From the NCBI GenBank assembly GCA_036785375.1, contig JAWMAR010000399.1, forward strand, positions 1,984,001-2,048,000: 64,000 nucleotides of DNA, written 5' to 3'. Below the pieces are notes generated by a model, which ran no database searches, was not told the origin of the DNA, and worked only from the letters and a program-made list of their open reading frames with translations. Shown piece after piece: positions 12,764 through 25,396 of the stretch (within the stretch, counting starts at the first letter, position 1; each line of letters opens with the position of its first letter). Both the position numbers and the translations under genes were made by a program. Source of the DNA: Leucoraja ocellata. Lineage: Eukaryota.

Positions 12764-14910
12764 CTTACTACTCATCTTCCTTCTTATTTCCTTACATTCT
12801 ACTTTCCCCAGTGGAAGTCATTACATGTAAATTACTTCCACTGACCGACAACAATAATCCCATTTCACAGGTCATGTACATATTCCTGACAGCTGAAATA
12901 AACAGGGTGTCTACACTGTAAAACCAACAGCCTCCCCACTTTGCCACAGTTTCATCCAACATACCAATTCTGGTCTCTCTCCAGCAGATAATATCAGAGT
13001 GCCAGATACAACGGTTGTATGCATCCACATGAACTCAAGAGTCATACAGCATGGAAACAGGACTGTCAGCACAACTAGTCCATGCCGACCAACATGTCCC
13101 ATCTACAGTAGTCCCACCTGCCTGTGTTTGGCCCTTATCCCTCTAAACCTTTTCATCCATGTACCTGTTCAAATATCTTTCAGATGTTGTTATAGTACCT
13201 GCCTTAACTACCCCCTCTGGCAGCTTATTCCATTCACCCACCACCCTCTGTGTGAAAAAGTTACCCCTTAGGTTCCAATTAAATCTTTCTCCATTCACAA
13301 ACCTCTGTCCTCTGGTTCTTGATTCCCTTACCCCAAGTAAAATAACGCTATGCATCTAACCTGTGCAAGTCCTGGCAACATCCTTGTAAATCCTTTCTTT
13401 ATTCTTTCCAGCTTAACAACATCTTTCCTGTAGTGAGCACAACTCCATCATTTTAAGAATGCTTTGAATATGGACAGGTCTGGATGTTGGGGGAAGGCAC
13501 TTCATTGGGGCAAGGCAGATTACAATGTCATTAGACAGGAGCTAGGAAGGGTAGAGTGAGAGCAGTGGTTATTGGGTAGGTTCACAAATGAGAGTGCAAG
13601 TTGTTTAAAGGCAAGCTGATCAAAGTGCAGGATCAGCATTTCCAGTAAGGAGGAGGGATAAGGACAAGAACGTAAGGGAACCGTGGATGACCAAGGAAGT
13701 TGTTACATTGGTGAGGAAGAAAAATTAAGCTTATGTTAAGTTTGTGATGATGGCATCAGATGTGGCTCAGGAGGAATATAAAGCGGGTGGGAAATAACTC
13801 AAGCAGGTGATTAGAAAGGCCAAAAAGGGCCTTGGCGTATTGGATTAAGGAAAAATCCCAAGGGTTTTTTAATGTATATTAAAAACATGAGGTTGACCAG
13901 GGAGAAGGTAGAACCATTCAAGGATAGAGAAGGGAAATAATGCTTGGAATTGGAGGATGTAGGGAAAGCACTAAACTTGCATCTGTATTTACCGAGACAA
14001 AGGATTCGAAGGACAGCAAGATCAATGTGCAGATATGCACACTGATGCTCACTACACAAATATGCTCAGGCAGTTTGAGATCACCAAGTAGGTGGTGCGA
14101 GACTCTTGAAGAGCATTAAGGTGGCTAAATCCCCAGGGCTTGATTGGATTTACCCAGATTATTGAGGAAGTCAAGAGAGTAGATAATGGGGGCCTTGATG
14201 AGGATCTTTGATTCTTCTCCAGCCTCTGGTGAGATCCTGGGGTACTGGAGAGTGGTCAATGTTTTTCCTTTGTTTCTGGTGAAATAAAGAGAATACAGGG
14301 ATATCTAGGCCAGTGAGACTCACGTCAGTGGTGGGAAAACTATTCTTCAAGATAGGAATTTCTCCCATTTGGAAAAGAATGGGCTATTTAAGGATAGCTA
14401 GCATGGTTCTGTATGGGACAGGACGTGTCTCACCAACGTGATTACATTGTTTGAGGAGGCGATGAGGGAGATTGATGAAGATAGGGTGGTGGATGTTGTG
14501 AACATGGATTTTAGTAAGACTTTTCATAATGTCCCTCAAGGCTGATCTAGAAGATGAAGATGTACAGGATTCATGATTCATAGATTCAAAGCTGGCTTAT
14601 TCATAGAAGACAGATGATTGTGGTGGAAGGAAATGAGTAGTGGGGGCCTGGAAGGTATTGCCCCGGGTGATGGTGGAGGCAGATACAATAGTGGCATTGA
14701 AGTTGCTTTTTGATAGGTATGTGACAGTGCCGGGAATAGAGGAATAGAGATCATATACATGCAGATGAGAGATTATCATGTTCAGCACAAACAAGGTTTA
14801 ATGTACCGTCTGCCAGAGTTATTTCCTGCCCCCCAATCGTTACCCATAATTTGATTAAAGCTAATAAAACAGTAGTCATTGGTCCCAAAATGCTCACTCA
14901 TGAACATATC

Positions 14911-15290
14911 CTCAGCTATCCTGTACCATCCTCCCATCTGGGAAGAGGTACAGGAGCATCAGCTGCAAAACCAGCAGGATGCTCCTCAGCTTCTTCCCAC
15001 AGGCTATAAGACTGTTAAATGAACTTTCCCCCCTGCCAAGTATCGCGCACAAACCCCCCACACTGCAGCAGAGCCACTGTTGTGCCGCTGCCGGTCGGAA
15101 CGGCTGTTGAATGTTATTGAATGTTATTAGAGGGTTAAATTGTTCATGACTGTATTTTAATTTAATTGCTATTTATTTTGTAACGAAAACTGAACGGACA
15201 CTGGTTGAGAAACGTTTTTTTGTTTCCTCTGAGTATGCGAATACTCAGGAAATGACAATAAAGGTTTACAATTACAATTACAATTTACAA
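14911..15290 (+). mobile_element. 5'-truncated Rex/Babar-type LINE 3' end, unit-specific insertion
   Basis: LPSGKRYRSI-like coding end, AATAAA, (TACAAT)n tail, flanked by ATATC; absent at the paralogous site near 6820. Confidence 0.8.
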
Positions 15291-17133
15291 TATCAGTTGC
15301 TTGCCCTTCCCAATTTCATAAGAGCTTTGGTCTCTCTCGTGTAGGCCCCTCTACATATTGCTTGCAGAAACTTTCCTGAACACATATGACACATATGAAA
15401 CTTTCCTGAACACATATGACAAATTCCACCCCATCTAAGTATTTTGCACAATGACAGTCCCTGTCTATTTTGAGAAAATTAAAATCACCTACCAGGCCAA
15501 CCTTATTAATCTTGTTTAAGAAAGAACATACAGACATACTGATCTGTTCTGTATTTATATATGCCTACAATATTCTGTTGTGCTGAAGCAAAGCAAGAAT
15601 TTCATTGTCCTATCTGGGACCCATGACAATAAACTCTCTTGAATCTTGAGATGCTGGTAAAGTCGAAGGTAGACAGGTAAAGGCGAGTGAGGCAGCATCT
15701 ATAGAGTGAAGGAATTGGTGACTGATCTCAGGGGAGGGGGTAGGAAAAGAAAGAAAATGATGGCTACATGAAGTTTGAGAAGTCTTGACCAAGCTGATCT
15801 CCCGGTGGCCCAGCACTCACCTCCCCCTCCCATACCCAATCTGACCTTTCAGTCCTGGGCTTCCTCCATTGTCAAAGTGAGGCCCCGGGCACTTTGGAGG
15901 ATCAGCACCTCATATTTCGCTTGGGTAGTTTACACCCTAGTGGTATGAACATTGACTTCTCTAACTTCAGTTAGCCCTTGCTCTCTCTCTTCATTTCCCC
16001 CCTTCGCGGTCCTCCCACTAGTCCCATTGTCTCCGCATACATTCTTTCCTTGTTCTACCCTCTGCCCTGCCATCAGTCTGAAGAAGGGTCTCGACCAGTA
16101 ACGTCACCAATTCCTTCGCTCCATGGATGCTGCCTCACCAGTTGAGTTTCTCCAGCTTTTTGTGACCAATCTTATTAATTTTGCACCTGCCTGCAATCTC
16201 CTGGCATATCTATTACTCTAATCCCTATTGAGTTTAAGGGGGCCTGCAGTTCATTTCCAACAAGGTGATCATCCCCTTTTTCATTTTTCAACTCCACCAT
16301 TTGCCTCACTAGTGGATGTCATCTTGGACGACTGCATGACATTCTCCTTAATCAATAAAGCCTCTTATATCCCCACTGCAGTATCACCTGTACCCTGGAA
16401 CATTATGCTACCAGTCCTTAAATGTCTTTCTACTGGCTTCACAATTGACATTTCCTGTTGAAAGATCTCCATATCCTGCATATACTTGAATTCCTCGCCT
16501 TTCAGCAACTTTCACCCAACCAATTCATGACCATGTGTGAAACCAAAATATAACTATTTTTGCCAAAGTATGTAGAATATGATGATGCATTCACAGTCCT
16601 AGATTTCAAGCCAGCACTGTCAATGGTTATGTTATAAATGGTTCAATGGGACTTTATTGTCAGATGTACCGAGGTACAGTGAAATTGTTGATTCATAATT
16701 TACGAGGGTGACTTCCAATGGAAGTAGGAGCACAAGTAACATTTCTTGAATATAATAAAAAGTTTTCCAGAAAATTATCAGTGGTTTGCTGATACCTATT
16801 TATGTACAAATCTTCCTATCTTTTTCAAATCCATTCATATTCATCTCAAATTTAAGTATGTGTACAGATGGTGGGGAAGCAGTGGGAAAATTATCTTGGG
16901 AAAAGAGTGGCAGATTCAACAATTTTCTCAATATAATTGTAACCTTTTGTTTTCATGTTAGAGATTAAATGGAGGACCAAAACTATGAAATGTTTTGAAA
17001 TATTGCATAAGTGCAGCAACCATGACGAAAGACGTACAGGTCTGGTGATCTGAGGAAAGGGGTAGATACTTGCTGAATTATTGTGAAGACATTTTACACT
17101 CCACACTGACATGGTCAATTTTCTCATTTCCAG

Positions 17134-17163
17134 CATTCGCAACAACTCCGACTTCAACACCAG
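17134..17163 (+). CDS. Mucin-like micro-exon, 30 nt, xFATTPTSTP
   Basis: catttccag|CATTCGCAACAACTCCGACTTCAACACCAG|gtatgg. Confidence 0.78.
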
Positions 17164-17289
17164 GTATGGTAGCAACTGGGCCACAGCAGGTTGTTATCAT
17201 TCATGTACATGGACCAACAGACTGATCTTCTACAAAGCCACTGCAACGCTTGTTTTAAGACCTCTATTCCAGTCTGAGCTTCCAACTGC

Positions 17290-17870
17290 TCCCAGAGTGT
17301 ACAGATACTGGATAAAGGGTATAACATTTAGTGCAAGATAAATTCCAACAAAGTGTGCTCTCTTGCAGTGTCCCAGAAACTGTCCCTGAATATGGAAATA
17401 TCATTTTCAAACTTCTGTACCTCTTGACTAATGGGAGAGAGACCAGGGTGAGACAGACCCTTGATTGTGCTGGTGGCCTTGCCGAAGCAGTGTGAAGGGT
17501 AAATGGAGACAATGGAAGGGGGGTTGGTTTGTGTGATGGTCACAGTTATTTCCACTATTCTCTGCAATTTCTTGCGGTTTTGGATGGAACTGTTCGCAAA
17601 CCATGCTGTGAGGCATCCCGATAAAATGCGTTCCAAGGCGCATATGTAATGGTTGGTGAGGATTGTTGGTGACTTTCCAAACTTCCTAAGCCTTTTAAGA
17701 AAGTAGTGGCGTTGGTGTGCATTCTTGGCCATTGCTTCGATGTGGCTGGTCCAGGACAAATTGCTAGTGATATTTCTTCCTAAGTCCATGAAGCTTTCAA
17801 TCATCTCTACTTCGGCGCGATCAATGTGTGTGCACTGCTTCTTTCCTGAAGTCGATCGCAATCTCCGAAC
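17290..17870 (-). mobile_element. Old Rex/Babar-type LINE 3' fragment
   Basis: ORF 17328-17885 (185 aa) with AHQRHYFLKRLRKFG...CLTAWF; related copies at about 25520-26270 and 39580-40328. Confidence 0.75.
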
Positions 17871-18560
17871 CAGTGGCAAGGACAATACTAATAATCACAA
17901 AACCTACTCCAGCAATTATTTAATGTTTTTGGACAGTCAAACTGACATTACCCATTGAAATGTAGACCAGTTGGATGACAATTTTTATTCTGGATGCTCG
18001 TGACATGATATATCTCATCAAAGCACAATTTCATGATTTAAGCTATCGAGATTTCTCGAGAAAAGCAGGGTGACAATTAATGTTTCAAATTAACAGCACA
18101 AGAACCCAGTGGGTTTATTGAATTCTATCCTCTTGTTCACTTCAGTAACATAAAATCAACCCCATATTCTAGATCAATACCCATCCCACCATCTTCATCT
18201 GCTTCATTCAGTTATTCATGTTGCTCTTTAAAACTTTTAAAAGACACTTTTTGTTCTCATCACGCAGTGAGAAACAATTTCTCTAATCTTCTACACTTAC
18301 TATTTTTTCAACCAACCTCCCCCATCTCGTCCACCCTCAGTTTTCCTTCCAATTGTGTGGTCCCAACTGCTGTAAAGTGTAATATGGCCCCATTTTTTTT
18401 CCAATAAAGAATGGGAATATAACACTTCAACAGCAAGGGGAGAGCATTAAAATCAGGGAATGGGCAAAATGCAGATCCTTCAGGGCATAGCAACTGCTTT
18501 ACTCCACTCTCTAATGGCAGATTAGTTTCAAAATTACATCTTAAATTGTTTCCTCTCCAG

Positions 18561-18587
18561 AGTCAACAACATTGTCATCGACCACAT
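18561..18587 (+). CDS. Candidate micro-exon, 27 nt, (E)STTLSSTT, ends in T (stop-forming with the next exon)
   Basis: tcctctccag|AGTCAACAACATTGTCATCGACCACAT|gtatgg. Confidence 0.45.
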
Positions 18588-18700
18588 GTATGGACATCAG
18601 CAGTTGAGATTGATGTCTGGACAAAAAGTTGTTTGCTTTATATGTAATGAGATTTATTCTACAATCCTTGTACTCATATCTTCAATTGTATCCCTACCAG

Positions 18701-18730
18701 AGTCAACAACGTCAACCACATCAACCACAG
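18701..18730 (+). CDS. Mucin-like micro-exon, 30 nt, (E)STTSTTSTT
   Basis: ccctaccag|AGTCAACAACGTCAACCACATCAACCACAG|gtatga. Confidence 0.8.
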
Positions 18731-18781
18731 GTATGATCATAACCCCATCTCTTCACCTCTATTCCCATTATTCCACGGGGA

Positions 18782-20250
18782 AAGTAAGTAAGTAAGTAAG
18801 TAAGTTAGTTTATTGGCCAAGTATTCACATACAAGGAATTTGCCTTGGTGCTCCGCCCACAAGTAACAACATGGCATACAGTGACAGTTACGAATGACTC
18901 AGAAAACACTGAACATTAATAATAATAAAACATTTATGATAAAACACCATTGATCAAGCATGTGAACCAACAAAATACAGATCAAAGGGAGGCTACAGAT
19001 TTTGGCTGTTGAATAGAGCAACTACTCGAGGATAAAAACTGTTGTTATGTCTGGCTGTGGCAGCTTTGACAGTCTAGAGTCGCCTTCCAGAGGGAAGTGA
19101 TTCATAGAGTTTGTGGCGAGGGTGAGAGAGGGCAGAGATGATCTTGCCCGCTCGCTTCCAGGCCCTTGCAGTGTATAGTTCATTATGGAGGTAATGTTGC
19201 AGCCAATAACCTTCTCTGCTGATCGGACGATTCGCTGCAGCCTCCATGTGTCGTGCTTGGTGGCTGAGCCAAACCAGACCATGATGGAGAAGGTGAGAAC
19301 AGACTCTACGATGGCCATGTAGAATTGGACCATCATTACCTGTGGCAGGTTGTGCTTCCTCAGCTCCCGTAGGAAGTACATCCTCTGTTGTGCCTTATTT
19401 GACTGTGCAGTCAATGGTAGCCCCCCATTTAAGGCCCTTGGAGATGATGGTTCCCAGGAACTTAAAAGACTCCACAGATGTAACTGTGGTGTTGTTGATG
19501 GTGAGTGGGGTGGGGGAAGGGGGAGCTTTCCTAAAGTATACAGTTATTCCACTGTCTTAAGAGCATTGAGCTGCAGGTTGTTGCTACGGCAGTAGGACGC
19601 CAGCTGTGACACTTCCTGTCTGTAGGCAGATTCCTCCCCATCGTGGATCAGTCCAATCAGGGTTGTGTCGTCCGCAAACTTGAGAAGCTTGACAGAGGAT
19701 TCTGTGGAGGTGCAGTCGTTGGTGTAGAGAGAGAAGAGGAGAGGAGAGAGTACGCAGCCTTGCGGTGCTCCTATGCTGAGTGTTTGCGGGTCCGAGATGT
19801 GCTTTCCAAGTCTCACATGCTGCTTCCTGTCTGTCAGGAAACTGGTGATCCACTGACAGAGGGGTTCAGGCACAGTCAACTCGGAAAGTTTGTAGTGTAG
19901 TAGCTCTGGCACAATGATGTTGAATGCAGAGCTAAAATCAACAAACAGAATCCCCGCATAGGTCCCCTGGCGGTCTAGGTGCTGTAGGATGAAGTGTAGG
20001 CCCAGGTTGACTGCATCATCCACAGATCTATTGGCCCGATATGTAAACTGCAGGGGGTCCAGCAGGGGGTTTGTGATATTTTTCAGCTTGGCCAGCACAA
20101 GCCTTTCAAGTGTCTTCATGACTACAGACATCAGTGCGATGGACCTGTAGTCATTAAGACAAAGAATTCTTGCCTTTTTGGGTACAGGGACAATAGTGGA
20201 GACTTGTTGTTGTTGAACCATGTCCGGGTCGTAGTTGGAATGCTACTGTT
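18782..20250 (-). mobile_element. Rex/Babar-type LINE paralogue with an internal deletion upstream of RT
   Basis: RT ORF 19544-20221; (ACTT)n tail; deletion junction near 20205. Confidence 0.9.
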
Positions 20251-21752
20251 GAAAGGTTGTTCTTTGTCCAAGATGCACCCAATAAAACAATGTTGATTTC
20301 ATACAATGGTTTGAGAGAGTCCTGAATCCCGATCAGGGATATTGTGTGTAATTTTGCCTCTTGCTCAGGAACAGATTTGATTTTACAGAGTGAAGTGAAG
20401 ATTGACCAGACTGCTATCTGAACGGGGGTGAACAGAATGAGGAGAAATTCAGGAGGCTAGATGTTCCTTTAAAGTTTATAGAATTAGAGTTGACCTCATT
20501 GAATCACATTAAAATCTTCGAGGGCAGGACAGGCTAGATTTGTGGAGATGAATTGCCATCAGCTTCAGACACTCAGAATGAGAAGTCGGTCTAAGTTAAG
20601 AATGATAAGAAATGTTCAGTCTGTGGGTATTAATTTAAAATTGTGATCTATAAATGTCCACATGTTATTGGATTCTCCTGATGAAGGTAAATTACATGAA
20701 AAATGTTGTTTACATACAGGATCTTGTAGAGCAACTCTTAATTCTTCTCTTACTTTCATGCATGAAGTATATTATTTACGTTGACCACACATTAGGATCA
20801 TTTCCCCAGACATCCACATATTCACCTCAACCAAAATGAATAGAGTGTCCTCACTGTAAAGCCATCATTCTCCTCCCTTTGTTATTGTATCATCCTTATT
20901 GACAATTCCTGTGTCACCTAAAACAGATAATATCAGAGTGTGAATTACATGAACTTCACAAGTCGCTGCATATTTCAATCCCCAAATAACCCACTCGTAT
21001 GAGCAAGAACACTTACGGACATGAGTCGATTGTTTAATTTAGTTTATTAATTTATTATTGTCATGCGAAGACAATACTAATAATCATAAAACCAACTCCA
21101 GCAATTATTTAATGATATTGGACAGTCAAACTGACATCAAACTACCCATTGAAATGTAGACCAGCTGGATGATAATTTAATTCCGGACCCTCCTGACATG
21201 ATATATCTCATCAAAGCACAATTTCATGATTTAAGCTTTGGAGATTTCTCGAGTAAAGCATGGTGACTATTTAATATTTGACATTAACAGCACAAGAACC
21301 CAGTGGGTTCATTGAATTCTGCCCTCCTGCTCACTTCAGTAACATAAAATCAACCGCATATTCTAGATCAATTCCTGTCACACCATCTTCATCTGCTTCA
21401 TGCAATTATTCATGTTGCTGTTTAAAGCTTTTAAAATATATTTTTTGTACTCATCACGCAGTGAGACACAATTATTTAATCTTCCACACTTATTATTTTT
21501 TCAACCAATCTCCTCATCTCGTCCACCCTCAGTATTCCTTCCAATTGTGTGGTCCCAACTGCTGTAAAGTGTAATATGACCCCATTTTTTTTCCAATAAA
21601 GAATGGGAATATTACACTTCAACAGCAAGGGGAGAGCATTAAAATCAGGGAATGGGTGAAATGTAGATCCTTCAGGGCATAACAACTGCTTTATTCCACT
21701 CTCTAATGGCAGATTAGTTTCAAAATTACATCTTAAACTGTTTCCTCTCCAG

Positions 21753-21779
21753 AGTCAACAACATTGTCATCGTCCACAT
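21753..21779 (+). CDS. Candidate micro-exon, 27 nt, (E)STTLSSST, ends in T
   Basis: cctctccag|AGTCAACAACATTGTCATCGTCCACAT|gtatgg. Confidence 0.45.
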
Positions 21780-21862
21780 GTATGGACTTCAGCAGTTGAT
21801 ATTGATGACTGGACAAATATTTGTTTGATTTATAAGTAATGTGATTTATTCTACAATCCTTG

Positions 21863-22766
21863 TATTCGTATTGTATTGTATTCAAATTTATTGTCATTGT
21901 CTCAATTTGAGACAACAAAATGAATTTCCCTTACAGGCAGTATCATAAAAAAAATAAAAATAATAAAAATAATAATAAATAAATAATAAAACATATTAAA
22001 AATAAAATTGAAATTGAATTTTAAAAAAAGCACAAACACAGAAAGTCCACGACACAACATAACATAAATGGCACCAAGGTGAGGATGGCACCATAGTCCA
22101 GCCAGCCTCCCCTCCGTGTTCATCCGTGGTCGGGGCCTTCCGAGCACCCGCAGTCGCGGCCCCGGGTGGCCCGATGTTCAGGCCCTCACGCCGGGCTGGT
22201 GGAACGCCAACGCCGAACCCCGACGGTGAGCATCCTCCTCCTCAGCGGCCCGGACCTCCTGATCAGCCGCCTCCCACTGCCGGAGTCTGCAGCTCCTGAG
22301 TCCGCAGGTCGAGCTGGGCAGAGTCGCAGGACCCCGCGTTGTTAGTCAGCGCCGCCCGCGTTGGGAGCTCCGCAAACCGCAGCTCCAGGATGTCGGTGCA
22401 GCAGGTCCAGCACTCCGGGCTCCAGACGGTGCACCCATGTAAGGCATCGCCAGCCCCGCGATGTTTCAGCGCTGTCCCACCGCTGCTGGAGCTCCGGTCG
22501 ATCCCGGCAGGAAAGGCCGCGCCAGTCCAGGTAGGTAGGCCGCTGTGGGGGGACGGGGGGGGCGAGGACGCGACTCGAATAATAGTCGCGTCCTCACCAG
22601 GAAGCGGCTGAAGGAAGGCATCCCCCGCACCGTGCCCTCTTCCCCCACATAAAAACACCAAAAAAAACACACTTTTACATAACTAAATAAACAAAAAAAC
22701 TAAAAGATACCGGGCTGTAGGTGGAGGCTGCTGACACCAGCGTCACCGGAAGTACAATACACACTA
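21863..22766 (-). mobile_element. GC-rich non-autonomous retroposon (about 0.9 kb)
   Basis: 11-bp target duplication TACAATCCTTG (21852-21862, 22767-22777); AATAAA and (AATAC)n tail on the minus strand; absent from paralogous introns. Confidence 0.8.
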
Positions 22767-22807
22767 TACAATCCTTGCACTCATATCTTCAATTGTATCC
22801 CTTCCAG

Positions 22808-22837
22808 AGTCAAGAATACAAACCACATCAGCCACTA
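22808..22837 (+). CDS. Micro-exon, 30 nt, (E)SRIQTTSAT
   Basis: cccttccag|AGTCAAGAATACAAACCACATCAGCCACTA|gtatga. Confidence 0.65.
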
Positions 22838-22924
22838 GTATGACCATAACCCCATCTCTTCAATACTGTTCCCATTATCCCAGGGGGAAAGGTTGTTCTT
22901 TGTCCAAGAAGCACCCAATAAAAC

Positions 22925-23741
22925 AAGAGTGGAGACTTTGAAGCAGGCAGCGTCAGTACATGTTTTCAGGGACTGGTTAAAAATGTCTGTATAGACTGGT
23001 GCCAGCTGTATGACACAGAGCTTAAGAGTAGAGAGGGAAACATTGTCAGGTCCTGGAGATTTCCGGCTCTTTTGTCCCCTGAAAAGCCTCTCCACCTCCT
23101 CTATTTTTAGTGTTGATATTGGATAAGTGATGTTGTGCAGCACAGAGGGTGTGGGTGTGAAGTGGTGATTGGAGGGGGGTGGGTGTACAAGGTCCCTGTC
23201 TTTGGAGACTGAGGTCAGGCTGTGAGTGGGTGTGAAGTGTTGGTTCGGGTCGGAAATGGTCAAGTCTTTTCATACTGGAGTCTTGCCTTAAGTAGGTGTG
23301 AAGTGGAGAATGGGAAGGACAGGGTGCAGGGTCCATTCTTTGTAGACTGGGGTCTGGCTGTGTTGGTTGGGGAGGGGGGGAGGTGGTACCAAGGTTATGT
23401 TTCTGATTTTCAAAACTGCAGTAAAACTCATTCAGGTCGTTGGTCAACTGATGATTGTCCAAAGAGCGGGGGGCTTTCCTCTTGTAGCTGGTAATTTCTT
23501 GCAAGCCCTTCCAAATTGAAGAAGAGTCACTAGCTGAGAACTTGCTCCTCAACTTCTCAAAGTACTTTTCCTTGGCAGCTCTGATTCCTCTTCTCAGCTT
23601 ATACTTGGCCTGCCTGTAGAGGTCTGCATCCATGCTCATGAAGGCCTCCTCTTTAGACCGTTGGAGCAGTGTGAGTTCTGCAGTGAACCAGGGCTTGTTG
23701 TTGTTGAATCATGTCCGGGTCGTAGTTGGAATGCAACTGTT
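22925..23741 (-). mobile_element. Rex/Babar-type LINE paralogue, upstream half only
   Basis: ORFs 22835-23263 and 23046-23639 (KSPGPDNV, YRQAKYKLRRGI). Confidence 0.85.
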
Positions 23742-25051
23742 GAAAGGTTATTCTTTGTCCAAGATGCACCCAATAAAACAATGTTGATTTCATACAATGG
23801 TTTGAGAGAGTCCTGAATCCCAATCTGGGATATTGTGTGTAATTTTGCCTCTTGCTCAGGAACAGCTTTGATTTTACAGAGTGAAGTGAGGATTGACCAG
23901 ACTGCTACCTGAACTGGGGTGAACAGAATGAGGAGACATTCAGGAGGCTAGATGTTCCTTTAAAGTTTATAGAATGAGAGTTGACCTCATTGAATCACAT
24001 TAAAATCTTCGAGGGCAGGACAGGCTAGTTTTGTTGAGATTAATTGCCATGGACTTCAGACACTCAGAATGAGAAGTCGGTCCAAGTTAAGAATGATAAG
24101 AAATGTTCAGTCTGTGGGTATTAATTTAAAATTGTGATCTATAAATGTCCACATGTTATTGGATTCTCCTGATGTAGGTAAATTACATGAAAAATGTTGT
24201 TTACTTACAGGATCTTGTAGAGCAACTCTTAATTCTTCTCTTACTTTCATGCATGAAGTATATTATTTACGGTGACGACACATTAGGACCAATTCCCCAG
24301 ACATCCGCATATTCTGCCCAACCAAAATGAATAGAGTGGCCTCACTGTAAAACCAGCATTCTCCTCCCTTTGTCATTGTATCATCCTTATTGCCAATTCC
24401 TGTGTCACATAAAACAGATAATATCAGAGTGTGAATTACAACGTTTGTGGAGTGAAATGGTCTGAAAATCTATCCACTCAAGCTGTCAAGCGGTATATAT
24501 GAGTGCTTCTTCTGAACAACTGCAAGCAGTCAAGTCAGCCACTCTTCATCCTATTCTGCTTACGGCAGGGTCTACTCTGCAACTCCTTGGTCAGACCCCT
24601 CACTCCCTCACAGCATCTCACACAAACAAGGTGATTTCCACTCATATTAACTCTTCCTTTCATTCCCAAAACCAATTTAACGGCCCCCAGTCTACCCCAT
24701 TGCTCTGGGGAGGCAATGATCTACATCTCCAATTCACTTACGTATCTAAAAACCCAATGTTATGAACGTTCCATTCAGGTAGCCTACACTCCCAACCTCT
24801 TCGCCCACGCGCACTCACCTGTCCACCTATGTTTCTACTCTGTTCACCATTCCTACCTCTATCTCTATCTGTTTACATTTTCTATTTGTATCAGTATATT
24901 ACCCCCAACGCTTCTGAAAATGCAAATACACTGCAACCACGGTTTCTTCCACATTTTCCCGATGGACCTGAGGAAAGTGTTAGTTACTTGCTGAATTATT
25001 GTGATGACATTTTACACTCCACACTGACATGGTCAATTTTTTCATTTCTAG

Positions 25052-25081
25052 CATCGACAACAAGTCCGACTTCAACAACAG
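25052..25081 (+). CDS. Mucin-like micro-exon, 30 nt, xSTTSPTSTT
   Basis: catttctag|CATCGACAACAAGTCCGACTTCAACAACAG|gtatgg. Confidence 0.8.
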
Positions 25082-25363
25082 GTATGGATTCAGCTGGGCC
25101 ACAGCAGGTTGTTATCATTCATGTACACGGACCAACATACTGATCTACAAAGCCACTGCAACGCTTGTTTTAAGACCTCCATTCCAGTCTGAGCTTCCAA
25201 CTGCTCCGTTAAGATCCCAATCTGCCCATATCAAGAATGGTGTTGAATCTCTGCTTGTTACCTTTCCCATGTGTTAATGTAACGTTAAAATAAGTCTCCT
25301 AGAAATAGTTGATGGAATTGCACAGCATTCTCAAGAACTAAACCTACACATCTTTATTTACAG

Positions 25364-25396
25364 CATCAACACCAACAACAACATCAACCTCAACAG
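25364..25396 (+). CDS. Mucin-like micro-exon, 33 nt, (A)STPTTTSTST
   Basis: tttatttacag|CATCAACACCAACAACAACATCAACCTCAACAG|gtacca. Confidence 0.78.

Larger units (their letters stand above)
1..20250. repeat. Tandem segmental duplication with about 8.7-9.0 kb period (units start about 1, 8958, 17643)
   Basis: Near-identical sequence and ORFs recur at 83/9040/17725, 4697/12792, 6297/14384, 7543/16228 and 8426/17111. Confidence 0.95.

Noticed and set aside
18170-18212. Possible extra exon (SIPIPPSSSASF-like; homologues near 530, 21365, 29657)
   Set aside because: The AG is out of phase and there is no consistent GT donor across copies; at most a fossil
22263-22670. GC-rich ORFs or CpG island as a host gene promoter or first exon
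   Set aside because: Lies wholly inside a TSD-flanked insertion that is absent from paralogous introns
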